Shown: one piece after another, positions 1 to 12,985 of the stretch
How the letters are laid out: each line of letters begins with the position of its first letter
How positions within the stretch are numbered: the first letter of the stretch is position 1
Origin: Octopus sinensis
Taxonomy: Eukaryota
DNA: 64,000 nt
Assembly: GCF_006345805.1 (NCBI RefSeq)
Contig: NC_042997.1
Coordinates: 45,818,001-45,882,000 of the forward strand
Reading direction: 5' to 3'
The notes under the pieces: model-generated
Told to the model about the DNA's origin: nothing
The model's database searches: none
What the model saw: only the letters and a program-made list of their open reading frames with translations
Made by a program: the position numbers and the translations under genes

Positions 1-404
1 ACGTCTCAAGGTATCCTCACCCTACCCACCATCTCACTTTAAGTCTAATACTATTTGAATGATGAAAACAAAACAACAAAAGGAAAACAAAAATAAAACA
101 TGAACCAAAAACAAACATCTTATTTATATTCATATAAGAGCTTTACCCTCTGCTGCTGCCATTAACACTAAATAAAACTTACATATTTTTTTTTTACAGG
201 GAAAGTTCATTCAAACCAGCATATTTTTGCCTGGAAGGGATGTAACCAACTTCTTTCATGCTGTAGAATGAATTCATTACATAACCAGGTCTCATTTCCG
301 ACCAACAGTCAGGGAATGTTTACTATCGAAAACGGAGACGAAAGTCTGTACTTTTAATTCTTAATCCAGTTTTATAAGTTTTAAGATTTTTGTATCATTG
401 ATAT

Positions 405-610
405 TAAAGCAGCTGGCAGAATAGTACGGCGGGCAAAATTCTTTGTGGCATTTTGCCCGTCTTTACGATAAGAATTTTAATTCCATTGAGCTCCTTTGCC
501 TTTCATCTTTTCTGGGTCTATAAAATAAGCACCAGTTAAGCACGGGCATCGATGCAATCGACTTACCCCACACCAACTTACGAGCCTTGTGCCAAAATTT
601 GAAACCAATA
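405..610 (+). mobile_element. Old SINE-A' copy (tRNA head plus Meta-like core)
   Basis: Diverged match to the in-window family: gcagctggcagaat...tttgcctttcatcttttctgggtctataaaataagcaccag; ends ccttgtgccaaaatttgaaacc. Confidence 0.75.
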
Positions 611-1052
611 TTAAAGATAGCATTTATATATCTACTATAATAATACTCTTGTGTTTTTCTGTGCATAGCGGAACGGGCGAGAATATTAAGGAATTCCCTC
701 GACCTCTGGAACATTTTAAATTACAGTACGGAAGTATTCGTGCCCTGCTTACACTTCATGCTATTCCTACTGAAATCCTGGGACCCGACAGCTATCTGGG
801 TGGATTTCGGATAGTCACCTAAGGGAGACAACCCGTTGCGATTGGCCTTTCCCTTCGTCTGTGAGTTCAAAAACGATCCACGAGGCCTTTTCTCCCTCCA
901 ATTTGAAAAGAGGTTACAGGCTACCGGTCACGGACCTTAGTTGTAAAGCTAAGCGGTTTATGGACGCGAAATCTTGGGTAACCTTTATAAACCGGCCATA
1001 ACTATCTTTATGTAGATATATTTATATATCTATATTAATATCTATATCTATC

Positions 1053-1087
<35 letters not shown>

Positions 1088-1089
<2 letters not shown>

Positions 1090-2287
1090 GATTGAGTAAA
1101 ACGTTTTGCAATATTTGGTTAACCTATTTGCTTTATTTGTCAAGTTACAACAAAACAGCCTAGCATTCAATGAGAAGATATCGTGTTGCATCGTCTGAAG
1201 CTACTTTCTGCCAGTTCTTTGTCCTCACGCTGACACCAGTTCTTGTCCTTCGAGGCAAGGAACACCTTTACTGAATCTTACACCTCCTCTTAGGGAATAA
1301 AACATCGCGAGTTCAGGACGTGAGCCATGAATCTGAATAAGTAATGATCCGAGGGAGCCACGTCCGGACTATATGCTGTGTGTGGCATCAGTGAGTTTAT
1401 TCCTGGTCGTTCGAGCGTATGAGGACTTACGTTGTCTTGCTGCTGAAGACCACGCTTTCTGTTAACTGATGTCAGGTATTTTTGCCACGCAATGGCATTC
1501 ATCCGCTCCAGATGTTCGGAGTACAGGTTGGCTTGGATGATTCGGCCAGCAGACGTAGAGCAGACGTCCAGCAGATGTAGAGCATCAATTTGTGTTTGGA
1601 CAGGTTCTGGACGCTGGCTTTACTTAACCTCTGCTTCTGTATGCTAGGAATGTGTAAAAATATTCACTTTTCATCATACATTATTATCCTATTGAAGAAA
1701 CGCAAATCACATGGGTTTTCCAGGAATTCCTTGCAATCATCCATATGCCTCTGTTCTTGAGCTGGGATCAATTCGTGAGAAACAATTCGGCAACTCCGGA
1801 TGTTTTACCGAGGCCGTGGAGGTGACGAACCATACCGAACTGTGAGATGCCGAGTTCGCCTGATACTCTCCGAGTGCTACTCGCCGGATTTTCCTCTATA
1901 GTTTGGAACACTGCCTCAGAATCCATGGTTTTAGGCCTACATAGCCTCACCTGATTGTCGAGGTTTTGAACCATCTGCTTACTGTGCTGAGATCAACAGC
2001 GCCTTCATCTTTTGCGTAAATGTTTTGGTTGCTTCCGCGGCTCAGTTATGGCTCAGTTCGAACTCGTAACGCTTAAGTTCCCGAAAAAGACTACGTTGCA
2101 CGTTCATCTGTGCGGCTTTCAAATTACATACGGAGTGAAGCAAAGCGCAACCTGTCAGCGCACCAACTACCACGATGCTATGAATTTTAGCGGGTACCGT
2201 CCACGGCTTGAACTGCCTTGGTCACTCGATACACACGCTGCAAACTAGCACGTATATAAATATAGTAAAACTTTTGACTTGCCTTTA
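1088..2287 (-). mobile_element. Decayed mariner DNA transposon (~1.2 kb) with transposase pseudogene
   Basis: Minus ORFs give the mariner HTH region (EENPASSTRRVSGELGIS) and catalytic-domain motifs (QQQDNVSPH; HTAYSPDVAPSDHYLF, cf. YSPDLAPSD). Degenerate TIRs: aagattgagtaaaacgttttgcaatattt (~1088) and revcomp aaaggcaagtcaaaagttttactatattt (~2287). Confidence 0.85.
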
Positions 2288-3077
2288 TATACATATATAT
2301 ACATAATAGATACATAGCTTTTTGGGGAAGAAACCTATGAGTTTAACTGTCGATTATTCTATCTTTAATAAACAAGAAAACAAGCTGTATTTATTCATAA
2401 CTGAAATGTTAAAGTGTATCATTTATGTAGATAGAGAGGGCGAAGTCATGTATTCGACGCCGTTCATGTTTATGACTGTGTGAACTCACTAATACTAGTT
2501 TGAGAAAATATTTTTTTCCGCCTGTACCGAAGACATAGACAAGTAAACAATGAAATATGATTGTTTACGGAGCTCTCCGGACGGTCAAATCAGCAAGGCG
2601 TCGAAATCTGATGCAGACAAAGCTGCAAGCTGAAATTTCTCTTCGCTTGAAGTCTTGTTTTGCCGTCTTTCTGTTGGTTTTTTTTAAATGCTGATAATAG
2701 CGTGAAACTGGAGTTACTATAACAAGATCCTACTTAACTGTTTCTGATATTTTAGTCTCTACCTTCAGGCGTTCTCTCTTTCTCTCCCACCTCTTTCACA
2801 TACGTTATTCCCCGTTCGACTTTGGCTAATTCTCTGTTGTTAGAGGTGATAAATTTGTTCTATATCATTGGTGATTAATTAAATGTATACACGAATGTAA
2901 TAAAAAAAAAAAAGAGCGTTATTCCTATTCATTCAGAAACGAAATAAATACATAGCTGATAAATGTGCGTGTATAATCAGTCTATCAGTAAATTTTATAT
3001 GCAAATTATTATAGACTTTTTGTTTTGATGAGGTATAAAAGCTTTTGTATTTTGGTAAGTTATTTTGAAATAATACG

Positions 3078-3290
3078 AAGGCGGCGAGTTGGCGGAATCA
3101 TTAGTATTCCGGACACAAATCTTCACAACATTTCGTCCCTCTTTGTTTTCTGAGTTCAAATTCCACCGGGATCGAATTTGTGTTTCATCATTTCGAGGTC
3201 GATAAGATAATTTCCAGTCGAGCACTAGGGTTCTTGTAATAACTTACAGCCTTTCCTCCAAAATTTTCAGGTCTTGTACCAATACTAGAA
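3078..3290 (+). mobile_element. SINE-A' copy
   Basis: aaggcggcgagttggcggaatc head, B-box-like gagttcaaattcc, core tttcatcatttcgaggtcgataa. Confidence 0.8.
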
Positions 3291-4582
3291 CGAAATGGTG
3301 GGCAAATGTTAATTATTCTAGTGGAACTAGCCAGCATGGTTGCTTCTATATGAACTTACAATCTGGTTGTTTTGTCCCAGTTTTTATTGTTGCTGTGATT
3401 GGATCTTTTTGCTTTCGTTGACTGTGGTGGCTTGGGTGGATGGTGATATTGAATCCCAAAGTCACTCCTGATAATAAGGACGGGGCAGTTTCCTTTACCG
3501 ACTCAGAAGCTGTTCCTGGTGTCACCCTACCACTGCAGATCTCTGATTTTATGTCGTGGCCTTTGTTCTTTTGGACTTTCTGTGCTTTTAGAAAGATTTT
3601 GTTTCCGCCTTTGCTTCACCAGTCTTATGCTGAAGTAGATCGGAATGGGAGTCAGTTCATCACTTTTCAGTGAGTATATCAGAAGGCTTTCTGTTCTCCT
3701 CGACGTTCGGAAAGCTCACCTGCAATCTACCGAACGCTATTCCTCGAACAACGTATGTTTTTGTGCCTCAGATTGGTGTAAAACAATTTTCAATTAAATA
3801 ACTAAATTAATGGTGTCAATAATGATCATTCTCGTTATCATAATTAGTTTGTTTAACCCGAACTTTCCTGAGATCAAAAAAGGGGAAAAAGAGGGCAAGG
3901 CAGCAGAGGATGGAGGAGTAGGGATGATGAGCCACACAACTCGGAACAAATGATGTGCTCAGTAGTGTCCAGCGGTAATGACCGTGATAGCGTTGCCGCG
4001 GGGAATGGTCAACGATATTTCAATTTGGTTTTGTGTATCTGGTTCCACTCGTTGGGGTTTCAGTCCTATACACCAATATAAAATACTTTTTTTTTGTGCG
4101 TGTCCTCTTTGGTCTGTTGTGACATGCTTAAGGATACTGTTTTTCCAATCTTGGAAATTTTCTGCACTTTTCGAATCTTGCAACGCTAAAGAAAAATTGA
4201 ATTGCTTCTTCCATTCTAATCGCATTAATGAAACTTAATAGTGATGTTTGTTAGTCACGTATGGTGTTAGTAATGGTGTTAGTATACATACTACTAGTGG
4301 TCGCGGTGGTGTGACGGTGGTGGTGTTAATAGTGTTGGTAAGTTTGTTTTTGTTGCTGTTAATGTTTTCGTTTTGTGTTCGTTGAGGATGCTGTTCTTTT
4401 CCTTATTTTTGAAGTCGTCATCATTGTTGTTGCCGCTAACGCCACTTTTTATTGTGGTGGTGGTGGTGGTGATGGTGATGGTTTCATTGCCGCCAACGAT
4501 TCTTTCATTGTTTGCTGTAGTTGTTGTTTCTATCGCTTCTACTCGTTCCGTTGACTTTGGTGGTGGTAGCACTTTAGCTTAC

Positions 4583-4655
4583 GATCGAGAAGGCAGCGTC
4601 GAAACAGCTGATCGCAAATACTGTTTACTTCCATCCGGTACTCCGTCGGGGTCAT
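4583..4655 (-). CDS. Candidate first coding exon (MTPTEYRMEVNSICDQLFRRCLLD, phase-1 donor) or 38-aa small ORF (4539-4655)
   Basis: AAAAC-ATG start context, CpG-rich non-repetitive sequence, followed by C|GTAAGC. No recognisable homology and no downstream coding exon found. Confidence 0.25.
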
Positions 4656-5249
4656 GTTTTAATTTATAGAAAAGAAAAAGTAAGAAAAGCTAAGAAAAAG
4701 TAAAAGAAAAACCTCAGTATGGAGTAACCAAAATGGTACTGACCAGTTCCTCAGGATCATGGTTAGTTTAACAACAACACTGAACAACAATTTTGAAAAA
4801 CGGAGTTTGAAACAACTAAAACAAACAAAGATTACAAGCGATTTGAAGAGGCGTATTGCAGATATAAAAACCGCTGCAACTACCACAATAATATCAATAA
4901 TTCTGCAAGAAGAAATAATTAAAATAATTGATATTAAATACTTTCATCTTTGTTCTGGTTTCAAATTCGATGTCGATTTAATTTTTTTTTTATCTCAGTC
5001 GAATAATATTAAAAAATATTAAACAATTAAAAATATAAACTCAATCGGTTATATTTGTAATCACTAAGATACTGTACTCATGGCTATATTACAAGATATT
5101 ATCATGAGATAGCTAACCATTTTGTGGATATTTCTTATAAGCTCATTTCAAGTTACTGATCATTTAAACATAGTTGCATGCACGCATGTATACACACGCA
5201 CGTACACACACGCTTGTAGGTACATACATGCACACACATATAAATGCGC

Positions 5250-5437
5250 ATTTTTATGATAATTTTATGATATACACTTTTAATGATATTTTATGATAAT
5301 TTTATGATATACACTTTTTATGATATTTTATGATAATTTTATGATATACACCTTTTATGATATTTTATGATAATTTTATGATAATTTTATGATAATTTTA
5401 TGATAATTTTATGATATACACTTTTTATGATAATTTA
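5250..5437. repeat. AT-rich minisatellite
   Basis: Tandem TTTTATGATA(A) units interspersed with TTTTATGATATACAC units. Confidence 0.9.
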
Positions 5438-5574
5438 CAAACACGGAATTAAGGCTTCTTGGTGTTCATTCGTTATTTAGGGAAGGTAACAAATAAAAAG
5501 CGAAAGCAAAAGTGAATAAAACTAATATAAATACAGCTTTAATTAATTATAAGCAGAATTACTTTTACAACAGA

Positions 5575-5990
5575 TCAGTTGGAAGTAAGATCTGAAGAAA
5601 GGCAGGAATGCGAAATTGCTTTGATATTCGTTTCCATCTTCTTCTCTGCAATGCCCGAGCTCATAATGGGTAGGCTCCCAACTGGCGTACAAAGGTCATA
5701 CCGCATAGATAGCAAGCTATTCAAGCATGGACGGTTCCGTACCATAACAAAGACCGTGATGCATACTGAAGTGCTTCAGTACTTGGATGATGCCGCAATT
5801 AGTGATGTCTCGACAGAAGAATTAGAAACAATTAAAGACATCTTCATATATATAAAATAATAGATTTATCCCATTAGTATATGTAAGTCCAACCATTCCG
5901 GTATCTGAACAGACAGTGGAAAATCCAGGAGACTCAGTATCTGAATAAGCACTTATCACAGAGCGCAGACACTGATGAGGAGCTGGATAC
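5575..5990 (+). mobile_element. RTE-clade LINE reverse-transcriptase fragment
   Basis: ORF 5579-5860: QECEIALIFVSIFFSAM (cf. QGCVLAPTLFSIFFSAM), YRIDSKLF (YRTDGKLF), LQYLDDAA (YADD motif). Confidence 0.8.
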
Positions 5991-6121
5991 ATATATAGCT
6001 AGATATGTATGTGTTTATAAAAGCAATGTATATACAGGCATAAACGTAGGTGTGTGAGCATACATACATACATTCATACATACGTACATACATTCATACA
6101 TATATATATATATACAGAGAT

Positions 6122-6162
<41 letters not shown>

Positions 6163-6559
6163 CAATTATATATATGCGCGCACAGACATATACAGATATA
6201 CAACCACGTATGTGTGTGAGCATGTGTGCGTAACATGTAATATATATCTATAATACAGCTTAATGACTATCATATTGACAAATGATGTGACATGACTCTG
6301 AGTTTCATGCAATAACTACATCAAATTTCTCAAGGACGTCATTGAGACTGATAATTTTCAAAATATACGCTGTCTTATTGGAGAGAAGTGCATAAATCCC
6401 ATTATAGAACATTGAGTTTACCCATGACCTCAGAAGTAATTGCTTGTAATCTTAGTCTTTGTTATTGATATATTTCGTGGGTCATTCTATCATTATGATT
6501 TCTGTACAAGTAAAATCTTGTATCTCCAGTACTAAACTTATCAATAAAGTAGCTAACAA

Positions 6560-7200
6560 ACAACCTCATGAAAAAAAATCATTAAATAATACATATACAA
6601 GTCTGTTTAGTCGTCTGCTTCTGTGACTAGCTGCATGTCAAGGCAAAAGCTGGCTTGATAGCAACTAGCTTGCAAGTGAATGTGAAAGGGAAATAAAGCT
6701 CTTGAGACATGAATATAATTTTGATCAGCAGCTCGAACCACTGTCTGGATACATTCATTGTGACAGTGAGGGCATTATCGATTTAAGAAAGAACATCCTG
6801 TTGACCTGCACTGACTCCAATTCCCGTCAAATCATCACATAACCTGATATTTTCTGTCTGTATCATAGCTTGTTTGCTTCGGGGAACCAAGTGAAATGGC
6901 TGTGTTCCTATATATGTTTGGACATCTACAATATAATTGCTGCATGAGTCACCTGTTCTTGATGACAATTAATGCCATCGTGTTGAATTTGTACACGATA
7001 GCTATAGAAGTCAATGGATGAAGGCGTGTGGCTTTCATTTCTTTGCAAACCACCATTCCTCCAAGGAAACAGTAACATGTGTTGCAAAGGTGCATGAATA
7101 CGGTGCATATAAAGGATTCTATGGAAACCACAATCTAGTTTGTGAGCGATGACACTGTAGTGATCTTCAGCTGTGTCAAATATAATAACTGCAATTTCAG
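6560..7200 (-). mobile_element. Degenerate Helitron Rep-domain fragment
   Basis: Collinear frameshifted motifs: HAPLQHMLLFPW (YDPLQYVLLFP), IDFYSYRVQI (MDFYSYRIM), NYIVDVQTYIGT (QYIVDMYAKIET), ENIRLCDDL, GQQDVL (GxxVILPS), FTFTC (FITFTCN). Confidence 0.7.
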
Positions 7201-8449
7201 ATATATTCAGGACCTAAATTATTATACAATGAATTTTAATTACTTCTTCTCCAAAACTTAAGATTTAAATATCAGGTCTTCTGGTCCAGTATAAACCAAT
7301 TATAGTCTTTAATTTAGATTTCATGCGTTAAATCTGATTCGAATATTTAAATTCTAAATTTATATATAGCACTAATTATAACGCACCACATGGTACAGTT
7401 TCCTTTTCCAGTAAAACTATTCTGATGTTTTAAAAAATTTCACATTTGCTTGTCAACCTTGTACGATAAAATATCCTGTATATGGTCGATTATATAGCCA
7501 AACCACCTTTAACAAATGGTACGCATATAGTCACCTCCCTCCTATTTATTTTTTGTTAAATATTTCCAAGAGAGATGCAAAGGAAAAATATTGAAATAAC
7601 TTTTTAATATTTTTAAGAAGTCAAATTAAATAAATAAATATTAAAATGAATTAGATCAAGTCACCTGAACCTCAGCTATTTTTTTTTCTTAAACATTTCT
7701 AAGAAATGTGGAAACAAAATAAATTATTGAGATAACTTTGTAACATTCGTAAGAAAGATGGAAACAAATAAATTGTAAAATAACTTTTTAAACATAAGAA
7801 AACTCGAAAGTTATAAAATAGTGGAATATGAAAAGGAAATGTACGAAAAAAAAAAAAACTATTTAAATAACCTTTAAGCATTTGTAAGAAAGATCGAATC
7901 AACAAATGGTAAAATAACTTGAAAACATTTACAAGAAAAGATCGAAAGTAATAAAATAGTGAAACGTGAAAGTACTTTGATTTGCTGCAAATTCCACATG
8001 CGAGTCTGATGTGGCGGTGGAGAGTTAGCTGCAAATTCTTCTTGCTACATGTGAATAATATTTTCTTCACTTTTTAAAAATTATAATTGCTATAACAATA
8101 TTGTCATAAAATCCAAAGACAGCGTGTAGAAGTGAGAAAGAAGTCAGGCTAGGTTTAAAGGTGACGAGAGCGGTTGGAAGAGACAAAAAGTGAAACTAGG
8201 TTTAAAGCAAAGCAGGAAGTAAGCAAAGACCATTGGAATGAGATACATAGACAATGAGGAATGCTTTGAGTAAATTTTGTGTTCAAAATTGGACAATAAG
8301 AGCAACATCTTTTGTAAAAAGAATTATTAAAACTTCGAACTTTGAAAGGTATTTTCAATTCATTTTAGAGTTACCGAAGAGATTGTTTAGAACTGAGTTA
8401 CATATCAAGTTACATTCCATTATAATATTACATTCCATTATAAGAATCT

Positions 8450-9110
8450 TTAGCATGCCTGACAAAATACTTGGCATTTTGTTCGTCTTAACGTTCTGTG
8501 TTGAAATTCCACTGAGCTCGACTTTGTATCTCTTCGCCTTTCAGAGTCAATAGAATAAAGTACCAGTTGCGCACTGGGGTCGATGAAATACTAGCTGCCA
8601 CTCACCACAAATTTCAAGCTTTGTGTCTGTAGCAAGAAGAGGTATTATAAAACTATTGAAGGCAGCGAGCTGACAGAATTGTTAGAATGTTGGAAAAACA
8701 TTCTACAGTATTTAAATCGGGTCTTTACAATCTGAGTTGAAATCCGGCTCAGATCAACATTGCCTTTCATCCTTTCAGCTTCCAGGGCCTGTAAAATAAA
8801 GTGTCAGGCAAGTACTGGGGTCAGTGGTGTGGACTAACTCCTCCATTTATAATTGCTACCCTTGTGTCAAAATTTGAAATAATAATGAAGGCAGGTAACT
8901 GGCAGTATCGCGACCACACTGGACAAAATGCTCAGCAGCATTTTTGCTGGTATTACGTTCTGAATTCGAATTCGTCCCAGGTTGACTTTGCTTTTCTTAC
9001 TTTCGGAGTCGATAAATTATGTACTAGTTGAGCATTGATGTCGGTGGAATCGACTTTCATCCGTTCCCAAAATTTCAGAGCTTGTACCTATAGTAGAAAA
9101 GATCATTATT
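8450..9110 (+). mobile_element. Three head-to-tail old SINE-A' copies
   Basis: Repeated head/B-box/core blocks at ~8450-8645, 8658-8882 and 8888-9108. Confidence 0.75.
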
Positions 9111-9119
9111 TTTTTCATT

Positions 9120-9672
9120 ATTATTATTGAGTGAGAGAGCAGTGCATGACATCTAAGTGACACTGGGGTACAAATATGCGAAGGCCAATTTACTCATCAT
9201 GACTACCTGTCTGATAAAAGTACACCAGGCACATATATCACAACTATATGTGCGGGACGTGGTGACCTCATATCAGGATAAACAGCGTATGACCTTGCAA
9301 ATGGGGCCCAGTTAGAATTTTCAGCCCATCCCGCTCAAAAGAAATCTGAAAAAGGTTTGTTTAAGGATGAAGAATGAAACACCCATGTTTCCAGAGGTGA
9401 ATTATTCAAGCCCCTGAGAATTCCTCTCAGCACTTGGCTACGATGCTTACCCACTACATATGCTCATGATCAGAGAGGCACATATCGTCAGCCAAGAAGG
9501 GACATGATCAGCTGATTAAGGTTAAGTAAGTGGCAAGCAAATGTGTGGTATTGAGTAGAATATTTGCTATAGCCCATCTTTTATTTCAATACAAGACATG
9601 AACATGATAACACTTCTAATCAGTTAAGATGAGAAGCCATGGGAGCCACTGCCTAGTACTGAATCAGAGTAT
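9120..9672 (-). mobile_element. Unclassified interspersed repeat with (TAA)n tail (probable retroelement 3' UTR)
   Basis: Mixed-composition block whose minus-strand end reads ...ctctctcactc-aataataat; abuts the tail of the RLE element. Only one copy in the window. Confidence 0.45.
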
Positions 9673-9679
9673 GTTGCTA

Positions 9680-11750
9680 TTATTTATTATTATTATTATT
9701 TTTCCTTCGTAACACAGTGTAGGTAAAAATGCACCCGAGTCTTTAGTCATCTGTCAAGTCACAACAAGGACCTCAGACATAATATTTTCCTTAAGATGTG
9801 CGCTGTGCCCAATAAGGCTGCTTTTTGCAAGGCATCAATCCTGCATGGGGTTTCCAGTTGCCTTTAGAAGTCTTGAAGTTTCAATGGGATTGAACCCAAC
9901 GATCTGATCACCACTGGTATCACTTTAACATTACTCTCTCGCATTCCATACAGTCTTGCCATTTCCACTTTCAATTCGGAGTACTTGGTGATTTTCAACC
10001 TCTTTACTAACCAGCATTCATGTCATTTGGTATGGCTACACCAATGACCTGACAGTATTTGTCTGTCTTATTCAATATGGCAATATCCGGCCGACGGTGT
10101 TCTATTACACGATCCGTCTGAAAATTATAGTCCCAGAGTACCATTACTTTTCCATCCTCCTGCATAACTTTACTTGGTACATACTCACAGCAGTTCTCTG
10201 TTAATTCATATGTACAATAGATCATGCATTCCTCTAGCCTTCTTCCTGCAACCTTTCTGTTCTTCTGGCTGTCAAGGTGCTTGTAAATACCTTCTAAGCG
10301 CATTCCTGTCAACAGCTTCCACACTAACGGTAAGCAAGTGATTGATCTATAGTTGCTAGCTGTATTACCTTTGTTCTTATCTTTCATAATGAGTATTGTC
10401 TTCCTCCCATCATCCAATCGGATATTATTCCTCCATTAAGGCAATCATGAAGTCGCTCCCTCAGCCTCCAATGTAAACCACTAACTTTCTTTAGCCAGTA
10501 TCCTTGAACTAAATCTGGTTCTGGGCCCTTCCGATTTGGCATTTTTCCCAACACTTTACTCATTAATGCTCTAGTTAGACTTAGATCTGACTGCCTCTCA
10601 CTCACTATTTCTTCCCTCACTTTCTTTAATCATGCTGCATCTCTATCATGATTGACTGGCTTATCCCAAATATTATCCAGATCTTTCTAGCTTCTTCTGC
10701 ATTAGGTTTCTCATCTTCAGTACTTCATTCTCCACTATTTATTCAGTTATAAAATTTACTCTGGTCTATCTCAAATAATCTATTCTGCTGATACTGATCT
10801 ATTCTTTTCTGGTATCTGGAGAGCTTGTCTGCTACTGCTATGACACGCTGTTTCAACTCTTCTTTTACTGTCCCAAATCCTTTGTCTTTGACTAAGTATT
10901 TTTTCTCAAGGGAAGAATTGCATCTTGTGTTTCCCAACTCGTTGAGATTCCAAGCGTCTATTCTACTCAGATCTGTCTTACAATCTTCACCTTATTTTGT
11001 AGTTTCCTTTTCTACGTTTGCTCTTTTTTAATCTTTCCCTGAGAAATATTCAATCTTCTAACGATTACTACCCCTCCTGCATAAATCAATGAATTAATGT
11101 CTCCTATATTTTTAGTATCTATCTTACTGATAACAGAATCTACTTTCCTAGTCATTTCTAGCAGCTTCCTTCTGTTGGTGTCATTCAATGCTGGCAATCT
11201 TTTTCTTACTTATTTACTCATTACTTCCCGCAACTCATCTAAAATCTTCTGATCTTCCTCCCATAAATCACTTAAGTCTCTGGTGCCAGTTGTTCCTTCC
11301 TTATTGGTAGCGCTATTATTACTTTTTCCTTTAGATTCTTCTTTGGTTTGAACTGTATCTCTTATGTTGTTGTTTGTCCTTCCTACAACATGGTCTTTCT
11401 TTTCCAGTTCTCTTGTGAGCTCTTCTGCCTCTTCTGCCATCCCCTTTCTACTAATAGCTTGATCCACTAATTTCTGATCAGCCACTTTAAACATACCCTT
11501 CTCTACCCAAAGTGTTAACATCCGTTTTCTATGGCCTCTTCTTTTAGGTTCGCTTTCTAAGTACAACTGCATCCCTATCCTGTTTTCTTCGCTTGTTCAT
11601 TTCCACTTTCTTACTTTATTATCTGCTGATGCTGGGTTAGGATAACAGCTGTGGTCAGTCTGCATCTTTAGAGAACCACTGCTGAGCGAAAGGCCTTCCC
11701 TTAAAGGTCCAACTTCATTTTCGGTGTTACAACCAGAGATTTTTCGGGAA
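9680..11750 (-). mobile_element. Non-LTR retrotransposon with restriction-like endonuclease (R4/Dong-like), internally deleted and decayed
   Basis: RGHRKRMLTLW N-terminal region; NYRSITCLPLVWKLLTG (RT start); WDYNFQTDRVIEHRRPDIAIL (PD motif of RLE); C-terminal LQKAALLGTAHILRKI; (TAA)n tail at 9680-9700. Confidence 0.9.
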
Positions 11751-11764
11751 CTCATGTCTCTCGT

Positions 11765-11990
11765 GAGTTTGTGTGTCTGTGTTTGTTCCCCAACCCCAAC
11801 ATCGCTTGACAACCGATGCTGGTGAGTTTACGTCCCCGTAACTTAGCGGTTCAGTAAAAGAGAGACCGATAGAATAAGTACTAGGCTTACAAAGAATAAG
11901 TCCTGGGAGCGATTTGCTCGACTAAAGGCGGTGCTCCAGCATGGCCACAATCAAATGACTGAAACAAATAACAGAATAAAAGAAAAAAAA
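11765..11990 (+). mobile_element. SINE-B 3' half
   Basis: Matches 16868-17070 (cttgacaaccgatgctgg...aaatgactgaaacaa). Confidence 0.9.
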
Positions 11991-12935
11991 AAGAAGTCAG
12001 TCGATTGTATTTTTATGCTAACTTACTCTCTTGATTTTATGTAGAGCTCTGCGATTCCTGATTACACGCAGCCGTTTACCAAATTTCCTCTCATACCACC
12101 TTCTATTATTCTTACTTCTCCTCCGGGTCGATAAATTATGCAAACACAAGCACTGTTGTCGATAAAATCAAATAAAAGCCTTTTAAGGCTGGTGTCCAAT
12201 GACTGAAACTAGTAGAAGTATACACACACACGCTCACATATACACACTCCTGCACGCACATCACACACACACACACACGCACGTACGCACACACAGAGTC
12301 ACAATAAATGACTACAATAAATCGTGCACTTCTAAAAGCCATTACTTTCGTCTATGTCCACGATTAAAACTATTTACAAAATATATTGTTCGCTGGCCGT
12401 TTCCATTTGTACGAAACAGATCAGTCTACCGAATAGTTCAATAGTTTTATGCAGTCGCTATTTATAAAAGATAAACAAACAATGCCTTCACGTTTAGAGG
12501 CAAACTTTAAAAGAAAAAAAAAAAACACACACACACACAAGGAAATTTATCGCATTGCATATTTCTGTACTGGAAGCTTGTTTTGACATTATGCTTTATA
12601 AAAATAACAATAAAGAAGAAACAAATCGTGTTTTAAAATTTTTCCACCATTGTCTTTATGCATAAGAACTAATTCAATCACACACGTATCCAAGACCCAA
12701 CTCTCAGTAAATGACATTTTCAGAAAGTTTGTTTTGTAATATCTTATTCTATTTAATATGTCAGGCGCCGTTGCATTTAGACATGTTCTCGTCCTGCTCA
12801 CAACTGCTTCTCTGCGATATTTCGCAATTGTTATTATTGAATAAATGTTGGCTTTCGTGAATAACTTCGGATTTATCTGCTCCTGATTATCAGTTTTGAC
12901 TCGACCACGCGGAAGAAACTTTCCAACAGAAGAAC

Positions 12936-12985
<50 letters not shown>

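Noticed and set aside
196-380. Plus-strand acceptor-like tttttacag followed by an open frame
   Set aside because: No recognisable protein and no convincing donor; such motifs are common in AT-rich DNA.
5250-5437. CRISPR-like repeat array
   Set aside because: No unique spacers, eukaryotic context, no cas genes.
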